A stretch of DNA of 64,000 bases, taken from assembly GCA_026015035.1 (NCBI GenBank), contig JAOZHB010000070.1:15473-79472 (forward strand). The letters run 5' to 3'. Source of the DNA: Candidatus Bathyarchaeota archaeon (GTDB lineage: Archaea > Thermoproteota > Bathyarchaeia > RBG-16-48-13 > GCA-020355125). Shown in pieces: positions 29,279 to 38,731 of the stretch. Positions within the stretch are counted from its first letter, which is position 1, and each line of letters begins with the position of its first letter. The notes beneath the pieces were generated by a model. It ran no database searches. It was not told the origin of the DNA and saw only the letters and a list, made by a program, of their open reading frames with translations. The position numbers were made by a program, and so were the translations under genes.

Positions 29279-29286
29279 AGCTAGCT
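29279..29286. repeat. AGCTAGCT palindrome 6 bp after the dehydrogenase stop
   Basis: Read directly (gacAGCTAGCTgac). Confidence 0.85.
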
Positions 29287-29872
29287 GACTGGACGGATCC
29301 CTCTCATTTTTCCTCGTGTAAAAAGCGATAAAGAGAAAAAAAAATTTTCTGGGAAAGAGCATAAATCGCGACGTTTATCCGCAAAGGCGCCTAGAAAACA
29401 GCCCGTTGCACGGGGAAATGACACGGATATACCATGCATCATCCCATGTAAAATCCGTCTGAACGGCCCCGAGAGCGTCCGAGGATCAGTGAGCTCAATA
29501 CGTGGAACTGATGACTATGATGATTCAGCAGTTGGAGAGGATCATCAACAGCAGACGGACTAAGACCACGCAGCGACTTCGAGCCAAGCCGCTCGGAACC
29601 CACCACATGCTAAGCCAGTGAGAACATCGATTTTGCATACGTTGTTGGAATCGTCAGAAGTGTTTGAGAGTCGAAAAAGGGAACCAGAAGTTCCATTGAT
29701 CTCTTGTAGTTTATAGTAAACGTGTAACATAAGGAGTGTAGCTAGCAATGACGACGTTACACGATACTGACGTAATTGTAAAGGTTTCACCGACGCCTTT
29801 GAGTATAGACTCGGCGTGATCCACTCAAAAAGGATATTGCCGACTCGGGGATAGGTAGGGGATTTCGTTCTT

Positions 29873-31831
29873 TTAACGTTCTGGGAGGATTCTTCTAAAG
29901 TAATTCAACGATTCTGGATTAATTAATGCATCCTCATTCTGGATGGGCATGCCATTTATTATGTTCTTGACTGCAATTTCAACCTTTTTCATGTTAAAGG
30001 TATACGGTATTTCCTGTACTTCGAGAATTAAGGCTGGGACGTGCCGGGGGGAAGCATTTTCGCGCAGGATTTTTCGTATCGTATTTTTCAAAGCATCTGT
30101 TAAACTATGTCCTAGAGCAAGTTTAACATAGAGGATGATTCGTTCATCTTCACGCCAATGCTGCCCTACGGCAAGGCTGTCATCAATTTCTTCTAATTTT
30201 TCGATCACGTTATAGATTTCAGCCGTGCCGATCCGAACCCCGGAAGGCTTTATTACGGTATCGGATCGACCGAAGAAAGTTATTCCGCCCGTATTGCTAT
30301 GACTCATGACATAATCGCCATGTCTCCATACCTTTTTGTTGGGATAAAAGCGAAAATACGACGCATTATACTTTTCATAATCGGGATCGTTCCAGAAGTA
30401 AAGCGGCATTGAAGGAGAAGGAGCTTCGCAAACAAGTTCTCCTCGTTGATCAAGTACTGGATTACCCGTTTCATCATATACCTTTACTTTCATTCCTAAG
30501 CCTAATGCCTGTACTTCGCCAACATAGACAGGAAGGGTGGGGCTTCCAATGGTAAAACAACCATTGATATCTGTGCCACCGGATATGGAGTTAAAATGTA
30601 AATCCCTTTTAATTTTTTTGTACACAAATTCGAATCCTTCAGTCGAAAGCGGCGAACCGGTTTGGGATATTTCTCGTAACGACGATAAGTCATAATTTTC
30701 GCTAGGATTAAACCTCTGGCTTCGAAGATAATTGATATAACTTGCACTGCAACCGAAAACAGTTATTTTTTCATCCTGTATTACTTTCCACATTGCACCA
30801 GGGTTGGGATAATTTGGGTTTCCGTCGTATAATACTATGGTGGCACCTACTGCTAAGGAGCTCAGCAGCCAATTCCACATCATCCAACTACAACTTGCTA
30901 AATATGTGATTATATCTTCCCGTTTTAAATCTGTATGGAGCATCAGCTCCTTTATGTGATTGATAAGTACTCCACCAGCTCCTTGCACCATGCACTTTGG
31001 CTTCCCGGTTGTTCCAGAGGAAAACATAATGTATAACGGATGATTAAAGGGCAGATACTCGAATTGAGGTTTCGAGGTTTGTTTTGGAGACAGAAAATCA
31101 TCATAGTGTACAGCGTTAGGAATATTGTTAATCTTGGGGGTAGGGTCCATATAAGACGCGACAATCACTTTTTCCAGTGAGGGGATTTCTTTCGCAATTT
31201 TCTCAGTTTTAAGCAACGTATTGAACGTCTTGCCCTTATAGAAATATCCATCAGCTGTAAACAAAACTTTGGGTTCAATTTGACCAAGACGATCCAGCAC
31301 TGCTTGTGTCCCGAGTTCAGTACCACAAGAAGCCCATACAGCACCAACGCTTGTCGCTGCAAGCATTGCAACGGCCGTCTCTATTACGTTGGGCATGTAG
31401 GCGCAGACCCGATCTCCGGGGCCAATCTTTATCTCGTGTAGTGATTTCGCCAGCCGACACACGGAGTTGTACACTTCCGCATAGGTCATTTTAGAAGCTT
31501 TTTGGTTTTCTCCTTTAAATACGAAAGCGACGTGGTCGTCTCTAAATCGCATGAGGTTCTCGGCAAAATTCAATCTTGCTCCTATAAACCACTTGGCACC
31601 AGGAAACTTCCTTAAGTCGTCGACCACCTTACTGTATTCACAGGAAGCTTTGATCCCTCCAAATTCCCACATAGCAGCCCAGAAATCGGGGATGTTTTCA
31701 ATCGACCAATTGTATAGAGAGGGATAAGAGATAATTTTTAGACCATGTTTTTTGTTGACAAAACTGATGAACCGGGTCATATTGGCCTGTTTTATGTGTT
31801 CTTCAGAAGGTTGCCAGAGCAATTTCTCCAT
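29873..31831 (-). CDS. acetoacetyl-CoA synthetase (acetoacetate--CoA ligase)
   Basis: 652 aa. The N-terminus LWQPSEEHIKQANMTRFISFV...WSIENIPDFWAAMWEF is typical of AACS. It also has the AMP-binding motif MFSSGTTGKPK. Confidence 0.85.
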   Translation of the reverse strand: MEKLLWQPSEEHIKQANMTRFISFVNKKHGLKIISYPSLYNWSIENIPDFWAAMWEFGGIKASCEYSKVVDDLRKFPGAKWFIGARLNFAENLMRFRDDHVAFVFKGENQKASKMTYAEVYNSVCRLAKSLHEIKIGPGDRVCAYMPNVIETAVAMLAATSVGAVWASCGTELGTQAVLDRLGQIEPKVLFTADGYFYKGKTFNTLLKTEKIAKEIPSLEKVIVASYMDPTPKINNIPNAVHYDDFLSPKQTSKPQFEYLPFNHPLYIMFSSGTTGKPKCMVQGAGGVLINHIKELMLHTDLKREDIITYLASCSWMMWNWLLSSLAVGATIVLYDGNPNYPNPGAMWKVIQDEKITVFGCSASYINYLRSQRFNPSENYDLSSLREISQTGSPLSTEGFEFVYKKIKRDLHFNSISGGTDINGCFTIGSPTLPVYVGEVQALGLGMKVKVYDETGNPVLDQRGELVCEAPSPSMPLYFWNDPDYEKYNASYFRFYPNKKVWRHGDYVMSHSNTGGITFFGRSDTVIKPSGVRIGTAEIYNVIEKLEEIDDSLAVGQHWREDERIILYVKLALGHSLTDALKNTIRKILRENASPRHVPALILEVQEIPYTFNMKKVEIAVKNIINGMPIQNEDALINPESLNYFRRILPER

Positions 31832-32509
31832 AAAAATCTCCTTTACAGTTTCTGATCCATCACCATATTTTTTGGTTTATGTTTGTGTTTAAAATCTTTT
31901 CGTCAGCCCATTTAAGTACACGCTTGTCCAGACGTTATAGGGTAAATGACGTAAGGAATAAAAAAGCGTTGACTGCCAATCATAACTCATTCTATGTGTG
32001 AGGCTTCATGATGCACGTAAATGGGTGAATTTTCTCGTCGGCATGCGTGATAACCCACCTTAGGACCATGGATTTTGACGATTAGATACAAGAAGCATGT
32101 ATTTTTCTCGAGCACGACGCACATACGTTAACGCATTCAATAACTAAACAACACTGCTTGTTCTTCCTTTGACGGTAGTATGAGATACTGTAGATCAAAC
32201 CACGACTTAGGGCATTGATCTTACTTGCAGTGATTTCACTTGTTACATATATATATCTTGAAGAATTACGTTCAATGAACTTATTATGAAGCGGGGCACC
32301 GTCGTTATCGACAAAGACATAGCGAGGATTTCAGCATTGTAGGAAATAGAGGATAAAAATTATCAAATCTTCTTAGTAGAGCTAACTACCAAATAGGGCT
32401 TTCGCTTCTCAAGCCTTCATGGTTCCCATCACACTCTTTCTAGGGTAATGCATTTTGTAAAAATACCCTTAGATGAGGCCTACAACATAGCTTATTAGCC
32501 AATCAGATT

Positions 32510-32558
32510 TACGACAATTGACGTATTATTATACGACAATTGTATAAACTTATAAATA
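32510..32558 (+). promoter_or_regulatory. direct repeat TACGACAATTG x2 (32510..32520, 32532..32542) abutting a TATA-like box TATAAATA (32551..32558) upstream of the HMGCS-thiolase-DUF35 operon
   Basis: Read directly. The two 11-nt copies are identical and start 22 bp apart. The TATA-like element ends 37 bp before the ATG at 32595, and GAGG lies 9 nt upstream of the ATG. Confidence 0.5.
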
Positions 32559-32594
32559 GAGCCGCTAAACCTTTGTGAAAAGAGGAATTCTGAG

Positions 32595-33644
32595 ATGATA
32601 GGACTCACAGCGTACGGTGTGTACATTCCCAGATGGCGAATTAAGGTTGATGAAATAGCCCGAGTCTGGAGCCACGATGCAGAAAGATATCGTGAGGCCC
32701 TACTCATAAAAGAAAAGGCCGTGCCCGCTCTCGACGAAGACACGGTCACGCTTTCCGTGGAAGCAGCTCGAAACGCACTGAAACGGGTGCCGGAGTTGAA
32801 CCCTAAGGAGATCGGAGCCCTCTACGTAGGTTCAGAATCACACCCTTACGCAGTCAAACCAACAGCCACCATAGTCGCTGCGGCTATTGACGCAACGCCC
32901 TCCCTGATGGCCGCTGACCTTGAGTTCGCCTGCAAGGCGGGGACAGCAGGCATCCAAGTCTGTATGGGCTTAGTCAAGGCAGGATACATTAAGTATGGAA
33001 TGTCCATCGGAGCCGATACCGCACAAGCCCAGCCGGCAGATGCCCTTGAATACGCGGCAGCCGCTGGAGCCGTTGCCGTCATTGTTGGCAAGGACGAGGT
33101 TCTCGCGGAAATCGAGGGAACTTACTCTTATACCCAGGACGTTCCAGACTTTTGGCGAAGAGACGGCTCAGCTTATCCGCGGCATGGTGGACGCTTTACT
33201 GGTGAAAAGGGCTATTTCGCGCAGGTCGTCAACTGTACTCAGGGATTAATGGAACGGCTGGGAACCACCCCCATGGACTACGACTACGCTGTTTTCCACC
33301 AGCCTAATGGGAAGTATCCTCAGAGAGCCGCAAACCTTCTGGGATTCAGCCGGGAACAAATCGACCTTGGCTTGGTGGTGACGGATGTGGGAAACACATA
33401 TTCAGCGTCATCTCTTATAGGCTTGGCAGCGGTTCTCGATAGGGCGGAGGCTGGCAACCGTATTTTGATGACGTCCTATGGGTCAGGAGCTGGTTCGGAT
33501 TCCTTCAGCTTCGTCGTGACCGATAATATTGATGCAAAGAGGAATCTGGCGCCTTCTGTGGATTATTATGTGAAGCGGAGGACATACATCGATTACGCTA
33601 TTTACTCAAAGTTCAAGAAACAGTACAAGGGGTTCGGAGAATGA
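32595..33644 (+). CDS. hydroxymethylglutaryl-CoA synthase, archaeal type
   Basis: 349 aa. [49 protein letters not shown]...[17 protein letters not shown] and GNTYSAS are near-colinear with characterised archaeal HMGCS. Confidence 0.92.
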   Translation: MIGLTAYGVYIPRWRIKVDEIARVWSHDAERYREALLIKEKAVPALDEDTVTLSVEAARNALKRVPELNPKEIGALYVGSESHPYAVKPTATIVAAAIDATPSLMAADLEFACKAGTAGIQVCMGLVKAGYIKYGMSIGADTAQAQPADALEYAAAAGAVAVIVGKDEVLAEIEGTYSYTQDVPDFWRRDGSAYPRHGGRFTGEKGYFAQVVNCTQGLMERLGTTPMDYDYAVFHQPNGKYPQRAANLLGFSREQIDLGLVVTDVGNTYSASSLIGLAAVLDRAEAGNRILMTSYGSGAGSDSFSFVVTDNIDAKRNLAPSVDYYVKRRTYIDYAIYSKFKKQYKGFGE

Positions 33645-34834
33645 CCTCCAAAGTAAACGGATTCGCGAAGCGAGATGTGGCCATCGTCGGCGTGGGCATT
33701 GCTCCATCAGGTGAACAATGGGACAAGGGCTTACGGGAGTTGACAATCGAAGCCGGTTTTGCTGCAGCGGCAGATGCTGGCGTTCGAGGTAAAGACATCG
33801 ACTTGATTCTCGTTGGAAACATGTCCGCTGGTACGTTCGTAGGCCAAGAACACGTTGCGGCCTTAGTCGCAGACTTCCTCGGGCTGAATCCAACCTCCGC
33901 TGTCCGCGTTGAAGCCGCCTGCGCATCGGGAGGTGTAGCCTTTAAACAAGGGTGTTTGGCCATTGCATCGGGCCTCTACGATTTGGTGGTAGTGGGCGGC
34001 GTTGAGAAGATGACTGACGTGCAAGGTAAATGGGCCACTTCTGTGCTGAGTGGAGCCATGGACTTCGAGTGGGAAGCCTATTTCGGTGCCACGTTCCCCG
34101 GGATCTATGCCTTGATGGCGAGACGTTACATGTATGAATATGGCTTGACGCGGGAGCAGTTAGCCGCGGTCGCAGTTAAAAACCATTATCACGGAAGCTT
34201 CAACCCCCTAGCCCACTTCAGGAACAAAATTACGGTAGATCAAGTCCTTAATTCAAGTCTCATAGCCGATCCTTTGAGGCTGTTTGATTGTAGTCCCATC
34301 TCCGATGGTGCAGCCTGCGTCATCCTCACACCCGCCGAAAATGCTCGGAAATACACGGACACGCCCATTCTCGTTGATGCGTGTGTTCAGGCCTCCGATA
34401 CTCTCACGCTCTTCGAGAGACGGGACATCTGCACCCTTGATGCGACTGTCGAGGCTTCCCGAGAAGCCTATCGATTAACCAAGATCTCTCCCAAGGACAT
34501 CGATGTAGCTGAGGTTCATGACTGCTTCACGATTGCGGAAATTTTGGCCTTGGAGGATCTGGGGTTCTGCAAGAAGGGTGAAGCGGGAACCCTTTATGAT
34601 GAGGGGCAGCTGTATGTCGGTGGGTCCCTCCCCGTGAATACTGATGGTGGGTTGAAGGCTTCCGGACACCCCGTTGGGGCCACCGGCGTGAAGCAGATTG
34701 TGGAGTTGGTGAAGCAGCTGAGGGGGGAGGTTGAATCGGGTCGACAGGTGAAAGGAGCAGAGCAGGCTTTAGCTCAGAATGTGGGGGGTTCGGGGGCGAC
34801 AGCGGTTGTGACGCTTTTGAGGAGGGAGAACTAG
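33641..34834 (+). CDS. acetyl-CoA acetyltransferase (archaeal thiolase)
   Basis: 397 aa: [39 protein letters not shown]. The start overlaps the HMGCS stop (ATGA). Confidence 0.9.
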   Translation: MTSKVNGFAKRDVAIVGVGIAPSGEQWDKGLRELTIEAGFAAAADAGVRGKDIDLILVGNMSAGTFVGQEHVAALVADFLGLNPTSAVRVEAACASGGVAFKQGCLAIASGLYDLVVVGGVEKMTDVQGKWATSVLSGAMDFEWEAYFGATFPGIYALMARRYMYEYGLTREQLAAVAVKNHYHGSFNPLAHFRNKITVDQVLNSSLIADPLRLFDCSPISDGAACVILTPAENARKYTDTPILVDACVQASDTLTLFERRDICTLDATVEASREAYRLTKISPKDIDVAEVHDCFTIAEILALEDLGFCKKGEAGTLYDEGQLYVGGSLPVNTDGGLKASGHPVGATGVKQIVELVKQLRGEVESGRQVKGAEQALAQNVGGSGATAVVTLLRREN

Positions 34835-34835
34835 T

Positions 34836-35258
34836 ATGTCGATGCGCGGAGTCCCCTTCCACTGGAGACGATACCGGGAACGTTACATGCTCTTGGGCAC
34901 GAAGTGTGAGGCATGCGGCGGCATCTTCTTTCCCCTGAGAAGTATCTGTCCGAATTGCAGACGAGACGGGAAGCCTGGCCCCCTCGCCTTCTCAGGCAAG
35001 GGAACAGTCTACTCCTTCACCGTCATCCATGTAGCCTCCGAAGGCTTTGAAACGTTCACACCGTACACTGTTGGGCTGATTCAGCTGGAGGAAGGACCGA
35101 AGGTAACCTCTCAAGTCGTGGACTGTGATCCTGAAGCAGTCTACATTGGTATGCCCGTTGAGGCTTGTTTTCGAAAACTCAGGGATCAAGGAAAGGATGG
35201 TATAATCTGCTACGGCTTCAAGTTCAGGCCTGTAGACGACCCATCAAAAAATGAATGA
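34836..35258 (+). CDS. DUF35 Zn-ribbon/OB-fold protein (scaffold of the thiolase/HMGCS complex)
   Basis: 140 aa: CEACGGIFFPLRSICPNCRR followed by an OB-fold. It starts 2 nt after the thiolase stop. Confidence 0.85.
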   Translation: MSMRGVPFHWRRYRERYMLLGTKCEACGGIFFPLRSICPNCRRDGKPGPLAFSGKGTVYSFTVIHVASEGFETFTPYTVGLIQLEEGPKVTSQVVDCDPEAVYIGMPVEACFRKLRDQGKDGIICYGFKFRPVDDPSKNE

Positions 35259-35428
35259 AGTAGAATGCTGAAACAACGTTCTCTTCAATCTACGTACAAT
35301 ATGTGGGTTAAACGTGAACATTCTGTCGGAAGCGGTCTAACCGCATGCTTTATTATGGGTGAACAACAAAAGCCATATATAATACTCTGTTAACCAAGAG
35401 ATACGCAACAACTGGTGAAGACTTAGTA

Positions 35429-35866
35429 ATGGGAGACTCCACTAAAGGCCTTTACGCCGCGCGAAGCCTGAAGAGAAAGCGGAAGCACTTCAGGTGGAAA
35501 TACAGGTACTTTAAGAGAAGAGCTCTTCGGCTTGACATTAAGTCGGATCCTCTGGAAGGAGCGCCCATGGGGCGTGGTATCGTTCTGGAGAAAGTTGGGG
35601 TTGAGAGCAAGCAGCCCAACAGCGCCATAAGAAAATGCGTTCGCCTTCAACTGATCAAGAACGGGCGTCAAGTCACGGCCTTCCTCCCCGGAGACGGAGC
35701 ATTAAACTACGTTGATGAGCACGACGAAGTTATGATTTGTGGAATAGGGGGCAGTCGTGGGCGGTCGATGGGTGATATTCCCGGTGTGAGATACCTCGTC
35801 ACCAGTGTGAATGGGGCTTCATTGAACTCTTTGATTCTGGGGAAAAAGGAGAAGCCGATGAGGTAG
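35429..35866 (+). CDS. rps12: 30S ribosomal protein S12 (uS12)
   Basis: 145 aa: [47 protein letters not shown]. Confidence 0.95.
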   Translation: MGDSTKGLYAARSLKRKRKHFRWKYRYFKRRALRLDIKSDPLEGAPMGRGIVLEKVGVESKQPNSAIRKCVRLQLIKNGRQVTAFLPGDGALNYVDEHDEVMICGIGGSRGRSMGDIPGVRYLVTSVNGASLNSLILGKKEKPMR

Positions 35867-35919
35867 TTTCCCAAAGGCTTTTTGCAGCGGATTAACTGGA
35901 TGGCTTTTACTACAGGGGC

Positions 35920-36519
35920 TTAGCGAGACGCCAGAGCAACCCTTTCCACTTCGTCTCTTCTTGAAACGGCGTGGCTTCGGGTGTCCCCTTCTGCGGCTGC
36001 AATGAGTTCATCCGCGAGGCACTCTTCTATGGTCTTTTTGTTACTGAAAGCCGCCCGCCTCGCGCCTTCCGTTAAAAATCTGAGGGCTAAATCCACTCGT
36101 CTCTGAGGCGAAATGTCCACAGCCCTGTGGTACACGATTCCACCGAATCCAATCCGCGTGGTGTCCTCGCACGGGGCACTGTTTTCAATGGCATCGACGA
36201 GGATTTGAATCGGGTTGCTGCCCGTCTTAAGATTCATGATTTCAAACGCCATTTTAACGATGCTTATGGCTTTCGCCTTCTTGCCACAATTTCTTCCGTG
36301 GCGCATCATGTTGTTTGTTAACCTCTCGACGATGTTGGCCTTCGACTTTTCGAATCGCTTATGCTCGTGTCTACCCCCACTGTGTGGAACATAAATGGGC
36401 CTCAACTGAATGTATTGCTTCAAGCCTGGGTCCTGTACTTCAACCCCGTCAAAGACCCACTTCAAAAACAATCTTATCGTTTGACTCTCTTCAACGGCTT
36501 CCTCGCTATTATCTGCCAA
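35920..36519 (-). CDS. rps7: 30S ribosomal protein S7 (uS7), encoded antiparallel to rps12
   Basis: 199 aa: [57 protein letters not shown]. It lies on the minus strand, with 53 bp between the two stop codons. Confidence 0.93.
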   Translation of the reverse strand: MADNSEEAVEESQTIRLFLKWVFDGVEVQDPGLKQYIQLRPIYVPHSGGRHEHKRFEKSKANIVERLTNNMMRHGRNCGKKAKAISIVKMAFEIMNLKTGSNPIQILVDAIENSAPCEDTTRIGFGGIVYHRAVDISPQRRVDLALRFLTEGARRAAFSNKKTIEECLADELIAAAEGDTRSHAVSRRDEVERVALASR

Positions 36520-36713
36520 TGAATCGCACCTTAACCAGATGGTCTACCCTTAAGTCGGCATATAAACTTTATCCAACCTAGGATAACCCCCTACAAACAC
36601 AGGTTTAGGGCAGAACAAGCGCTATTCCCGGCACCTTCCCTGTTGGGAACACTTACTACAGAATCATTCAAGCCAGCTAACACCCCTAATTATCCTTATT
36701 TTCCCTCTTTTTC

Positions 36714-37670
36714 TCAGGGCATAAGTGCGTTTGAATTAACGTGACGCGGTGGATTGAACTGTACTGTTGTAGACTCGAGGAATTCCCCTACGACCGTTGG
36801 GTGGAGGATTCCAAGAGCATATTTCTCTACCATCACTAGGTGGCGGATTCTCTCCGGGTTAAAGCCCATGGCTCTGGTCATGGTGGCGTCAACCGAGAGA
36901 GGCTGTCTTCCCGCAATTACCAAGTTTAAACGGCGGGTTCTTCCCCTCAACACGCCCTCCAAACCTCGTACCGCATCGACGATGCAGAGATCTGGTTTTA
37001 TCAACCTGTTTAAGTCGACGATGACCTCATTGATGTGGGGGTGATAGAACGATTGGTCTTTCCTCGGAAGAAGGCCAAAGAGGTTCTTCATGACCCCAGT
37101 CACAAAGGTTAAACTATGGGTTTTCGCCACAGCCAAGGAGACGAAGTAACCGTCTTCCGTAAGCACTTTAGGCAGTCTAGGTCTCTTAAAGTAGAGGCCG
37201 TCCCACTTCACCTCTTCCGTGGGTTCCTGACTGAGGTTGATCAAGGACACGTCGAAGCCCGCATCCGTGAAACGCTCCTCAAGACGTTTGAATCCCAACT
37301 TCTCAAAGGCGTCTTCCGCATATTTGGATTCGCTGTCCGACTCCACTATTCTGATCGCTAGATTCCTGTCCTCTTCTAAAACAATTTTCATTAAGGCCTC
37401 GACGGTCTTTACGTTCGTGGTGGCGACTCCCGTTGCATCCACATCGGTGCAAAGGTTCGGTTTGATTATGAAGGGGCTTTTTAGGACGCCAAAGCCACCA
37501 ATAAGCTCAACAGCCTCGTTGAAGGTTCTCTCCATATCACGTTCATGTTTGACAAGAGCGACAGAACTCAAAAGTGTCAACTTCCTCCCTATGTACATTT
37601 TCATTTCACTCTTAACCCTCTTATAAGGCCTCTGGAAGCCTTCCGTCGTAAAAAAAGAAACTACAGCCAC
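36714..37670 (-). CDS. DUF362 domain protein
   Basis: IIKPNLC, FVSLAVAKTH..T.VTG.MKNLFG, IVDAV.GLEG and DATMTRAMGFNP motifs, shared with the ORF at 45826..47055. Confidence 0.65.
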   Translation of the reverse strand: MAVVSFFTTEGFQRPYKRVKSEMKMYIGRKLTLLSSVALVKHERDMERTFNEAVELIGGFGVLKSPFIIKPNLCTDVDATGVATTNVKTVEALMKIVLEEDRNLAIRIVESDSESKYAEDAFEKLGFKRLEERFTDAGFDVSLINLSQEPTEEVKWDGLYFKRPRLPKVLTEDGYFVSLAVAKTHSLTFVTGVMKNLFGLLPRKDQSFYHPHINEVIVDLNRLIKPDLCIVDAVRGLEGVLRGRTRRLNLVIAGRQPLSVDATMTRAMGFNPERIRHLVMVEKYALGILHPTVVGEFLESTTVQFNPPRHVNSNALMP

Positions 37671-37977
37671 CTCATTGATGTGTTGACTTAGACGCGTTAA
37701 CGCCTTTCGCGAGTAACATGGGTGTCATTAACGAGGGTGTGCAGAGGCCAACTAGAGTACCTGTACCTTTAAACTGCTACTACTGAGTAGAAGAAATAGT
37801 AGTTCTGAAGGGATTTATCAATGCAAATTAAAAAAATGAGAAAAAATTTTTTATGGTGTGTATTCCGGGGGACTCACAAGAGATCACTCCCCTATTCGCC
37901 ACAGACGAAGTCTTCGTTAGATGGCCTTAGACGGCTGTATCTGCTGTCGCCATACTATTTTCAGCAGACTCGAGGAG

Positions 37978-38193
37978 TTATTCCTTCTCCTTCTTAAGCT
38001 CTTCTATTCGTTCTGTGACGCCCTTTAACTCTTTTTCTAGGGATTCTTGATAGCGTTCAAGCCACTGGATCTTCCGCTCCTTATGCCGCTTTTGCAGTTC
38101 TTTCTTCTCTTCCTCGGTTAGGAATCTACGCCTCAAACCGTGGTGATGTCGGAAGGCGGGGTGGCAATACGCGTGGTAATGGTCGCTATGCAT
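37978..38193 (-). CDS. small His-rich coiled-coil protein
   Basis: 71 aa. The N-terminus MHSDHYHAYCHPAFRHHHG has 8 His and 1 Cys in 19 residues, followed by a charged heptad-like EEEKKELQKRHKERK...EELKKEKE. It is divergent from the ArsR-type gene. Confidence 0.5.
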   Translation of the reverse strand: MHSDHYHAYCHPAFRHHHGLRRRFLTEEEKKELQKRHKERKIQWLERYQESLEKELKGVTERIEELKKEKE

Positions 38194-38227
38194 GGGTTTT
38201 CACCTCCTCATCGTTGCGAGTAGTGTG

Positions 38228-38269
38228 TATATTACTAAACGGTAACTTTTATATATTACTCAATGGTAA
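38228..38269. promoter_or_regulatory. direct repeat TATATTACT(A/C)AA(C/T)GGTAA x2 in the divergent promoter region between the His-rich protein gene and the arsR-hsp20-traB unit
   Basis: Copies lie at 38228..38245 and 38252..38269 (16/18 identical, 24-bp period). A third partial GGTAAT is at about 38278. Each copy carries a TATA-like TATATTA. Confidence 0.5.
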
Positions 38270-38296
38270 TTACGTTGCGGTAATGAGTGTGGTCAC

Positions 38297-38731
38297 GTGA
38301 AGCTAAAATTGCAGTTAGTACAAGACGGGGAAGTAGTCTTTGACGTCCCCCTTGCCCCTATGGACGAGCCACGGAACGAGTTGATCAGCGAACTAGATGC
38401 CTTTGAAGAACACTTCCAACGGCTCTCAAAGATCTTTCACGCGCTCTCCAACGAAACCCGTTTGATGATGATGAAGCAGCTTATCGAAAAACGAAACCAC
38501 ATCCTAAGCTTCTCCGACTTCATGCGGAACTTCGATTTAAATCCTAAACTCGTCTGGGAGAACACTCGCAAGTTGAGTGAAGGAGGATTCCTCGAGAAGA
38601 TCGATCGAGGCAGGTATCGTTGTTCCGACTTCGGAGAACCCGGTTTCATACTCATGAGCCTTGCGTTACGACGGCTCATCGAAGCACAAGAGAACTTCAA
38701 ATCCTTTCACGGAGGTGAAAAGAAAGAATGA
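38297..38731 (+). CDS. ArsR/SmtB-type winged-helix transcriptional regulator
   Basis: 144 aa with a GTG start: IFHALSNETRLMMMKQL...LSFSDFMRNFDLNPKLVWENTRKLSEGGFLEK. Confidence 0.65.
   Translation: MKLKLQLVQDGEVVFDVPLAPMDEPRNELISELDAFEEHFQRLSKIFHALSNETRLMMMKQLIEKRNHILSFSDFMRNFDLNPKLVWENTRKLSEGGFLEKIDRGRYRCSDFGEPGFILMSLALRRLIEAQENFKSFHGGEKKE

Noticed and set aside
37838-37860. The A/T homopolymer palindrome (aaaaaatttttt) and nearby TAGTAG repeats in the DUF362/His-rich spacer.
   Set aside because: This is low-complexity AT-rich spacer sequence, plausibly just terminator or promoter T/A tracts. It has no repeat partners elsewhere.
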